Positions 53,761-64,000 of a DNA stretch of 64,000 bases are shown here, piece after piece. A model generated the notes under the pieces. The model ran no database searches, had not been told where the DNA came from, and saw nothing but the letters and a program-made list of their open reading frames with translations. Position 1 is the first letter of the stretch, and every line of letters begins with the position of its first letter. The translations under genes were made by a program, and so were the position numbers. The DNA is from Harriotta raleighana (lineage: Eukaryota): positions 3,778,801-3,842,800 of the forward strand of contig JBNZDD010013686.1 in the NCBI GenBank assembly GCA_050575255.1, written 5' to 3'.

Positions 53761-56700
53761 TCAGCTGGAAAGACATTTGTGCCCTGAGTCAATTACAGCT
53801 ATTTACCATGATCCACTTCTGTGAAGTAAATTTATCTGATTAAATACATGAATGCGTTTGGAACGGATTTCCATTTCTTCATGTTCCTCCAGAATAAAAA
53901 ACACCACGTGTAGTCAGTTCTGTCTTAATATTTTTGAAAACAATTACGGATAAAATTAATTTCACCTTCAGAGCAGATCATTTACGATTGAGGACATATA
54001 TATTTGCTTAGAAAGGCATGAAAGCCTTGAAAAGGTTGAATTCTACTCTGAGTCCCTCTATATTGAATGCTGTGTGTGTGTGAAAAATAATCCACATTGC
54101 TGCTGTGTGCATGGATGCTTTGGAAAATGACTTTTGTTGTATCAAACATGCTTGACACATAATTTAGCCAACTAATTAACATATGCTTTTGAACATATTG
54201 GCAGCAGCTGCTTTGTTTCCCAATTTCTACAAGGTCAGTAAATTGTGCAACATAATTCAACAGAAAGTTGCATTAACTTGAATTAATTTGATAAATAATT
54301 AGTCAATTTCAAGATGGTTGATTTCCATGTTGGATTATGTGGTTACCACAATTCAACGACTCCCAATTGCCACTGTCACCATTTCCAGAATTACATGACT
54401 GATCATATGGGGGGGGGGGGGAATGTAAATAAAAATGTATTGCTGCCCACAAACCTGGTATCCTGAATTAATACAGTCAAGTAAAATATCTGTCACAGTA
54501 TTATCAGTGAGATTACTACACCCAAAAATAATAATCAGAATTATAAACATTGCTTCTGATATAGCGCCTTTCATGTCAAAAAAAATCTAAAAGAATTTAC
54601 GGTGAATTTTTTCATCGTAAAGTGCAGAGTCAATGAATGTGGCCGCCAATCTGCACACATAATGTTCTACAAACAGCTATAAAGTGAATGGGTAGGATGG
54701 GGGTGGTGGGGTATTGTTGAACACAAAACTGGGAGAAATGCACAGTAGAAGGTAAATCCTTCCAATATTTCCATTCCACTTGGAAATATTTAATGATAGC
54801 CTTGGCTATCATTAAAATACAACAACAGAATTACATTTATAGAGTGCCTTTCATGTCGGGAGGACGTCCCAAGGCGCAGAAGATACAACCCATATCTAAC
54901 CTAAATTTGTTAATCTGAACCACATTGTGATTAAATGCTATTAGCAATGACAAATGCGGTTTCTTCTTTGGTGTATGTAGTCTACAATTTTGTCACAAGT
55001 TGAAAAAGATGTGTGGTGTCCACAAAACACAGTCATTCCACTTTACAGTAAAATCTTGTGAAGCACTTTGACACATCCTCATAAGGTTGAAGATAATCCA
55101 GTAATTTACTCACCTTGTCAAAGAATTCCAATGTGTCCATAGGATGTTGTTTTTGAAGCTGTGTTGCTTGCCTCTCATGATCTGCCTGTTCCTTTGATGA
55201 ATATTCATGTACTTCTGTAAAATGCTTAAAGCATTTTCCCCGTTGGCAGTGTTAGACTAACTTGTTTTATAATTTTTTAAATCAAGTCTCCCTCACTTAC
55301 ACAAGCCGCTTTTCAGACCTCTGGTGTACTTCCAACCAGCGGAATACTGATGTCTATTTCACCATGAAAAAATCTGCATAATTCAGTTCCTTGTAATTTT
55401 TTTATGGGGAATTTGTGTTCTCCTGTATTTATTGCGTGCTCTAACGAATTAAAACAATTTTAAACTTTTCAGATATTTGCAGAAATATTGTTGCAATAAT
55501 AATTCTTGCATTTGATTTAGTGTCTTTCATGTCATCCCAACTTCTCAAAATGCTTCATGGGATTTACTCGCAAGTGGATTGAATGTGTATTTTGTGAGCT
55601 AAACATAAGGTGCAATGGTAGTCCACAAATCACTGAGAACTATACAAGTGCAATGCAAATGTACTTTCATAGCCCTGTTCACAATAGGGCCTTTGCCAAA
55701 CAGCCAGTTAGTCGAATGGTTGAGAATAGCACTGGTAATTGATGCTGATTCTTCATAGTCAATTATTCATGCAGTGTACAAGGTTACATCATAACATATG
55801 AAAGGCCCAGATGTGCGTTTAATGATGCAGCAAAGATTGTGCACAAACAGTGGGGAGGAGTAAGCTAGAGCAGCAGTTAAGGATGACAGCAGGTAGCATT
55901 GAATTCTCCACGAGTTCATGCAGACACATTTCCTTTTTGCAAGTCTATTTTATTAATGGGTCGGTAATCGATGATTCAGGGGTACAAGGGGCTGCAAAGA
56001 GTCACTATCTTGACAGCTCTGGTGCAAAATGCTTTCAAATCGGAATAGAAAACAACAGGTAACATATGTAAAGTTTGCCATTTTTTTTAATACCATTCAC
56101 CCCAGGGAGCAGATTGAGTTTGGTTGTGTCGATCCAAATTGAATTCTGTCTCCCTAGGGTTATAGACAGTACTTTTTCTCTGAACCGGGGCATGTGTTGG
56201 ACGTTGTCAAATTCTATTCCCTGCACCTTGGGGCAACAGATAATCAGGTTTTGAAGGCACTTGCTTCAGAGCTGGTTTTGAATCGACATGCTAAAATGAG
56301 GCAATGAAAATACAGATTATTTCAAAATTCAGGTCCTCTAAACCCATGGTCCAAGCATGACAATTGCATAACAGGTCACAAAATTCGAGAGTGAATAAGT
56401 AGGGCTGGGTGATTTTCAAGCTAATTTATTGTAAGTTCTTTTAAGAGCTTCAGTAAACACAAAAAAAAAATGGCATGACTGAGTGCAACACTTTGTCATA
56501 TTCTGAACATTTTAAGATGTTACTTGTAAAAGAGAGTCCATCTGGACCCAGGTAGAATTTCTTCCAACAGATCCTAAAATAAAATACTGAGGCACTTTTG
56601 TAAATGTAACGTGGGCTCCCCCAATGGTGACGTACAGTAGAGCAGCACTAAAATCATTCACTCCAGAAGATTGTACTGCACTTTTAGTATCTGTCTACAG

Positions 56701-59294
56701 CAATATGCCACACAGAGCCGTGAAGTGATTGACCAAGTTTTATCAGGCGGATTGCTAGCCAGAACCAAACTAGAAACTCCCTTCAGTTTTTGAATAGGGC
56801 TTTGGGATTTTTAACGACCACTTGAACAAGCAGATGGGACCTCGCTTTTATGTCTCATTATCAATAACGCTCATAATGCTCTGCGACTCATGTCAGGAGG
56901 AAGTCTTAAAGTGCTCCACCCAAAGGGTAGTGACTCTACAATTTGTTTAGGCAAATGATAAAACACAATTGTTAAGTGATTGTCCTTTTAAAAAATGATA
57001 GGGGACAAAAATGATTAAAACCAAATAGCACACAACAACAGAGAGAGAGAGATAGAGAGAGATAGCCACAGAAGCCAGTGGAACTGTATGCAAGTCATTT
57101 GCAACATTCTTGTGGTGAGCACTCAATTTTACAGATTTACACGCTTGATTAATCTCACAGAAAGCTTGCGAGACTTGGTTAAGAGTGACCTCTGCACTAT
57201 TTCAGCAGCGACAAAGCTTGCCCCACTGAAAACATCACCTGCTGGCGGAAGATGGAAATGACAAGCCCCGACGGTAGAAGTGGAACAAGGAAAGTGAGTT
57301 TGACCTGCAGGGAGGAAAGGGTTAACGCTTTATTTTCCGAACCCGGGCAGTTCAGTGTTCAAACAATATTTATTAATGTCACTCATGCACTGAGGGATAG
57401 AAACTTTCTGCTTTTAGCATTCAGAATTTCTGGGGGCTCCGCGAATGAGATTTGAATCTATTGTTCTGATATGACACTTCAAATTGATCCCCCTTTTCCA
57501 CAGTCAGTCATGGTATTTTCTATTTTTGATGGTTTGACTCAAAGCAACTTCAACTGTATGTCTAGCAACTAAGCATGACTCCTTTATTTCCCACTGTTTA
57601 TCCCTCAAACACACACACATACACACTTTCTGCAATTTGGAACAACAGCCAAGTTGAGAGGAAGCTGAAAAAAATATATCTCTCTAATCCTAGCACAATG
57701 GCAAAGAGACGAAGGGAAAAAAAACAGCATTAAATATTAACAATATATCAATACGTCAAAGTATTGTACACAATAAATGCACAATACCGTAAGTATTAAA
57801 AGTATGTAGATCACTTCAACTTCACTTACTGTTAACTTCGAGTCAGCTCTATTACTGAATTGTCATTGTAGTGTCAGTTCTGCCAAATAAGTAAATACCT
57901 GATGGGTGAATGGTTCTGTTAAAGGAACGAACATTGAAGATTCAAAATCATTTTCTATCTGCGCTCATTGTTTTTGCCTTTCAATCCAATACAATTTGCT
58001 CTCTACTTCCCTGGTAGAGTATTTTCCTTTGCTTATGTGAATCTAGCTTTGCTATAATTTCAGGGCAGATTTTTGCTCTGTATTATTTTTGGTTATATCA
58101 ACAAGCTGCCAAATTATAGTCAATTGAAGTAATACCTGTATTCAAATTTACAGATAACTGTGCGATACGCTTAAAATCCTTCCAGAAATTGCAAGCTTGA
58201 AATCAAGGTTGCCACCTAGTAAATTGTTGAAAATGAAATATATTCTACAGCTGATGGAATCCATATAACAATGGATCTCGTAAATAGGTTACACAGATCC
58301 CCTTCGTGAGCATGATTTTAAAACAATATTCAGCAGCAAGGGTTGACTCGTATTCTGTTCGTGACATTGCTTAGGAGGTTCCAGTATTTTTTGTTTGGGA
58401 AAAAAAACACACAAAAGGCCACAGAGGTTTAGGAACAATCACTATGTTGTTCTGTTTGAGACAGCCTTGACAGGAGCGTTGCCCAGGGATCTGACTGTTA
58501 CTGAATGATGGTGAAAGCGCGCTCAGCAGTGTTGGCGAGTCGCTTGCAAGTGAAATAAATACTTCTTCTATATACCTGAGTTAACGAGTATGTAGAATAA
58601 TGCTCCTTGCATTTTTTTGCCTCAGGAACGTCAAAACATCTCGAAGAACTTGGCAGCATTTGCTGTCAAGAAAAGTATTTTTTGTATCCTCGTCGACACA
58701 ATCTGGATTGAGATTATTTTGATTTGCTTGTGGCTACCCTCGTCTGTCCCTTCAGTTTCAGATTTACACACCTCTTCAAGAACCAGTGACATGTCGTGCA
58801 GTGTCATGATTTGCTGTTTGGCTGCCCATACACATTTTGTCGTAGGGTTATTACATTTGCACAATGGTTGTTAGGCTGCTAAGATATTGTTGGGTAGGTG
58901 ATAATGTATTGTTGTTCAAATGGCCTAATCCAATCTGTCCAGCAAATCTCTGTGATGAAGCTACGCATTTGTCCATCTGATTTTGCTAATTTCCACAGCG
59001 CTTCCGCATTTGCATTGACCTAAATAAAAATAATAATCCGTTCATTTGTTGTAGAGCCTTTCACATCTGGAGGATCTCGCACAGTACCTCACAGGATTTA
59101 CTGTGAAGTGTAACCACTGTGTATTTTCTAGACAAATGCAGATTGTGACGTCCAGTATTTCAATGGTCTATATGTGGACAGAAACTATTACTGATAAACT
59201 ATTAGGTGCTATATATCTAGATTCGCCTATAAGTTGCTTGCCATTCGTCCACTAAGTTTTTTTGTATTAATGTTTCAGACAAATGAATTCAATA

Positions 59295-59625
59295 TAATAA
59301 TAATAATAATAATAATCCTTGCATTTGATATAGCGCTTTTCACATCTTATCAACGTCCCAAAGCGCTTCACAGAATATACTGTAAAGTGAATTCACTGTA
59401 TATTTGTGGGCGGAACGCGGCAGCCAATTGCGCACAGCAGCGTCCCCCACAAACAGTCATGGATTGAAATGACCAATTTTTTATTATTGTAGTATTTTTG
59501 GAGGGATTATTATTAGGCGTGTGGAGTAAGGAAACTTGCCCAAGGTTTCGCCCTGATCGAACACGGGTCTCATGCTTGTAAGGCATGTAAGGCGAGTGCT
59601 CTAACCACTGAGCCACAGGAGCTCC
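59295..59625 (-). mobile_element. Full-length, young-looking tRNA-headed SINE upstream of AFF2
   Basis: Minus strand: TGGCTCAGTGGTTAGAGC A box, GTTCGATC B-box-like motif, intact CpGs, (ATT)n tail. Confidence 0.85.
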
Positions 59626-59689
59626 ACACACGAACATATCTCCCTTGGTGGACGTACGCAAATCTTGCATCTCCCTTTATCTCTCCCTC

Positions 59690-60190
59690 CGCTGTTCTCC
59701 ACACACGCGTTTCAAAGTGCTACGTACAGTAAGGGGCTTAAGATGATACCCTGCATGGATCTAATGGGCTGAAAGTCACAGGCGCATTACGGCCCTGGAG
59801 GTAAAAACAGATGAACTAATTGAGTGCGGAAAACCGGACCGATAAAACGCAGGGGGAGAAACAAATGCCCTCCGCTTTGCCCCCACCCTCCATCCCTGAT
59901 TTACTTCAAACAGCTGTTTTTGACAGAGGTGGCGTTTCGTTGCCATTGGAGTACGCCAGATCCTTAGCTGATAATGTGCTGGCTCCATGTCATGGCTTCT
60001 TGCTGCCTGAAGCTCCACCCCCCTCTGTGTGATGTTGAGACTGCCTCACACAGCCTGAGCCAGCATTCTCTCACTGTGAGAGTCAGCCAGCACGTACAGT
60101 ACTGTACAGTTACAGAACAATTGCTGTATATGCAGTCAAGTCCACTCCTGTCAGGGACACTAGTTCCACCGATCTGATCAGCAAACTACG
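59690..60190 (+). promoter_or_regulatory. Probable AFF2 promoter and 5' UTR region
   Basis: Moderately GC/CpG-enriched region directly before the AFF2 start; CCCCACCC near 59881 and inverted CCAAT near 59945; no (CCG)n run. Confidence 0.55.
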
Positions 60191-60243
60191 ATGGACCTCT
60201 TTGAGTTTGACTTTTTCAGAGACTGGGAATTGGAACAGTCGTG
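60191..60243 (+). CDS. AFF2: AF4/FMR2 family member 2, first coding exon; the gene continues beyond the window
   Basis: acgATGG context; MDLFEFDFFRDWELEQS(C) matches the human AFF2 N-terminus MDLFDFFRDWDLEQQC as recalled; phase-2 donor TG|GTAGGT; expected syntenic position. Confidence 0.92.
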
Positions 60244-61679
60244 GTAGGTCTCTCTTTTTTTTTGCCTTTGTTATGAATAAGCTTCTGCATGCTGTAGTTC
60301 AAGCCTTTTCTCACAGGCTAACCTCCTACTGGTTCCTGCCTCAGTTGCTATTATTGTGAAACACTGAGGACTGCAGATTTTCGATACAGCTGCACTGGCT
60401 TGTCTTGAGTCTAAATTCACAACAGTATTTTAGTGAAGGTTTCCTTTGTCTTGTATTTAATTTCTGCAAAACCTTTTGTGTATGTAAGGCACCAGAGACA
60501 CCTAGTGCTCCTTTCCACTGATGGACTGACTTAAGTTTGAAGCTGGATATTCCAGTGTAAAGTGAATGAATGTTTCCAATTAACAGGGTGACTGGTAGGT
60601 TTTTAAGGTCACCGTATGACAGATATCTTTAAAGAGGGAACATCAGAAATGGCTTAAAGCTGCACATTTAAAGTGCAAATTGCATCTGCATGGGGTTGAT
60701 AATTCACCACAAATTCTTAAAAGAAAAATAAATGTGTGCGTACATTGGTGAAAGTTTTAAGCCCACCCTGCGATTTCCTCTTTCGAGAGAACGATCTTAT
60801 ATTTTATAGAAGTGGGTTTCACTGTGTTTATACACTGATGAGATCATCTATATGTTTTTAAAATGTAATATCACAAATCCATTTTAACTTGGTAATTTGA
60901 ATATTAATTAAATCCGCGTGAAATTGCTTCCAGATGTGCAAACAATTAAAATGTATGTGGGTTTTTTGGAGGGGGGCTGGGGGGGCGGGAAGGGTTCCAA
61001 TTCTGCTGCAGTCCTCAAAGGGTTAACCGCGGAAATTGATTCATCCCTTTAATTTTCCTTTAGCTGAGGGATGGCAAATGGTAGGTAGGGATGCGCCTGC
61101 AATGTTGATTTGGATTTATTGAGAGATAGTCTAAACTGATTTAAATGTGCTTTCGTTCTATTAAAAATAGCATCTCCCTCACTCTCCCCCCCACACCCCC
61201 CACACACACACATTCTTCTCCCTCTTACCCCATCCCCCCTCTCCCCCCCCCCCCCACCCCCGCCCCCCCCCAACCCTGAGTTTAATTTAGTAATTCTGAC
61301 AATACATAATGCATTTGGGCAGATTCTGCCAAAAGTTCCTGCTCTGACCTCACTGGGGAGCCCATCAAGGTGTTTATTCTTTTCGTGCAGTTTTATTTTA
61401 TTTATGTGTACTGTTTTTGCAGCAGATTAGTATTTTGCTTCTTTTTTTGTGTTGGAGTGGTTTAATGGTTGTGTTTTCACTTGTAATCTTGTACGCTGTA
61501 CAGCTCTGTGTAGTGACAGTCAAGCAGGGCTGGTGGAAGGATGGGTCGGAGAGCAGGGAAGGACTGGTGTGTGTGTGTGTGGTTGTGGAGGGGGTGTGGG
61601 GTGTTGGGTAGAGAGATTAGTTTGAGGAAGATACATGTTGTCTTAATGGATGACTGGTTGCTTGATAATAGATAGAAAG

Positions 61680-61772
61680 ACAATAACAAATGCTGGATAT
61701 CTGCTACAGGTCAGACCGGATCTGGAAGGGAAAACAAGGTTAATGTTTCAGGCTGGGACTCTACAGCAGAAT
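61680..61772 (-). mobile_element. Degenerate Penelope-like terminal fragment
   Basis: Reverse complement resembles the 11610-11713 element (...cctgaaacattaacc...ccagat...tctgacctg...ccagcattt). Confidence 0.5.
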
Positions 61773-64000
61773 TGGTAGAGATATGCTTGACCCTTGGTAG
61801 CCCAGTGACAGAATGAATCTGATATCAGCGTTAGCCTGGTGTTTGATCACTCGTGGCCTAGCAGTGGTTCCCGAGTGATGGTATTTGTTCATTCCTTGTG
61901 GTCCACTCTTTGGTGTTGCTTCCCTGCTATTTCAGGAACTATATCCCTCCGATCTGATTACTTGGCTGGCTTTAGTGAAAGTGCGCGCGTCCCATCCGTG
62001 ATGCCCTGGTGAGTGTGGGTGTCAGAAGGGAGCCCTGAAATGTTTATAGTGCCTCGTCGTGTCGCAACGTACCAAAGTGATTCACAGGCGTTTCAATGTC
62101 AGGTGGTAGTGATTGTTATTACAGGAGAATATGCCACCTGCCCCAGCTTGTGGATTGTTGCGGTTTTCTTTGGGAATGGAGTCATTAGATTACTGCCACC
62201 GACCATTTAAATAGCAGATCAGGGTGAGCTCAAGTCCAATGTGAGCTTTAAACCCAACACCTTCTGACCTGGAGGCGAGAGTGCAGTCAATTGAGCTTGG
62301 CTGAACACCTGGCAGTCTCTGTCAAATTGCTGCTGCCTCAGCAATGTTGTGTGCCCAATCGAATGCGCCGGTGTAGGCAGCAGAAGTTTATCTACGTGGT
62401 GACTTGTTTGGGAGAGGGGTGAAGCAGTACATCTGAACTCCTGACAAGCTGGGCAGGAACGCATAGGACTTTCTAGTAATCTCATGGCAATGTAGTACAA
62501 ATCCCTGATAATCTTTCAATGGTGGGAGGAGTGTGGGCCAGCACTTCATTAGTACAGAGGATGTGTTGTTATTTTTTTTTGCAGCTTTTCATTTGCATGT
62601 TTGGTTTTAAATTCGGAGAATCTGACTGTTACCCAAATAGACCCTTGAACAAAAGTAAAATACAAAATGTTTGCAAATTTTTTTTTTTAAAAAACAAATA
62701 CATACGTATGAGTGGCTGTGGATTTCTGATAATTAAATGCGGTGCAGAAAGATTCTGGAAATAAAAAAATCATTTAGAGGTTGTGACAAACCTTTAAAAA
62801 TTTCTGCCTTCAACAAATTCAGAAAGTTTAAAGGTTTAAACTTTAAACCGTCGACCAGTGTTTTGAAAATCAATAAACTTTGGCTCAGCAACACACATGA
62901 TTAGTTAATGCTTACCTTATTTTCTAAAACCAAATAATATTTGAATGTAGAATATTGCACAGTCAATATTCTCTTGGCAATTTCAGTTATTTTTCTGGGG
63001 GCCATTCGACGATCATCATTTGGCTTTGAGAGCATTTATGCTACATGGTGTATATTTCAGATGTAATATATTTTTTTTTTTGGCAAATCAGTGTAAAGAG
63101 GAAAGATTTACAGAACTGGTAGGCAACTTTAATAAGATTTTATCTGGTACAGCTGCTATGCATGAACGTAAGGTCTGACCTGAAACAGTTCACCTTTGTT
63201 TAGAATATATGATCCCCTCCAGAATGTCAAATTATGTTGAAAACTCATTTGATCTGATACTTTGGAATGCAGTTAACTCTCAAAAGTACACTCTCTTAAT
63301 GGAAAGTGGAGCCTGCCTTGCAGATGGCCTGTTCACACTGTTAAATGCTGCAAATCTAGATCTTTGAACTTTCTATTTATGTAGCATCAAGAGCTGTTAC
63401 AATTTCTGCAAGGACGTTTATTGTGTTTCGATGGATTGCCTGCCCGGTGATGAGTTTAATGTTGTTTTTGTAACTTGGAATTATTTTTGCATTCAGCTCA
63501 GTAAATTGCTTATGCCATCAATTATTAATCACCTGGTTAATTGCTGTTGAATTGTTACACTGCTGTTGCTGCTGCCACCATTTTTCGATTTGAGTTACCT
63601 TGAGAATAGTGATTCAATTACCTCTGAGGCATCAGAAATATTCAGAACTTAGCGAGAACAACAGTCCCGTAAACGAGGGCCAGTATTGTGCGGCTTAATG
63701 TAAAAGCCATGTGAAAATATATAAAAAGCTACTTTTATTTTACAAGCGGGGGCAACAATTAGTGAACAGTCAAACCGTGATCCCTACCTACATCCTCAGT
63801 TTACGACAGTGCATTGGAGCTGGATTTCTTCCATAGTTTATGATTGTGATAAACTGTATATGTGTCAATCGATAAAACGTAAATAAATATGCTGGATTGG
63901 GCATAGAATGTAGTTACTTTAGGATAAATGCTTCTGGCAAGAATCTCCCCCACCCACTGATGATCCCAAGGGTTCAGGTATGGTCTACTTTGGAGAGCTG

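Noticed and set aside
60094-60107. TACAGTACTGTA resembling the start of miR-101
   Set aside because: Only a short palindrome, also found in the MITEs; the rest of the mature miRNA and a precursor hairpin are absent

Overview
This is vertebrate genomic DNA. The CR1, L2, Deu-type SINE and Penelope-like repeats and the compact introns suggest a cartilaginous fish; that assignment is inference. The window holds the conserved FMR1 - FMR1NB - AFF2 block, all on the + strand. (1) A complete FMR1 gene has 15 coding exons (836..17610, 574 aa by my exon assembly), a CpG-island promoter, no CGG expansion, and no equivalents of mammalian exons 11-12. (2) A divergent FMR1NB-like gene (22025..~28260), mostly missed by the ORF track, encodes a signal-like N-terminus, a trefoil/P-type domain, a transmembrane helix and a Lys/Arg-rich tail. 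(3) The first coding exon of AFF2 lies at 60191..60243, after about 31 kb with no recognisable genes. Repeats include two Tc1/mariner-pogo-type MITE families, tRNA-headed SINEs, L2 and CR1 fragments, and a Penelope-type fragment with a decayed hammerhead ribozyme. Several n-joined tandem duplications look like assembly artefacts. The best leads are a candidate in-frame 30-nt FMR1 microexon, a symmetric bidirectional promoter with an antisense splice donor, a hairpin array upstream of FMR1, and a CpG-rich SINE copy at the probable FMR1NB promoter. Comparisons to human sequences are from memory and need alignment to confirm.
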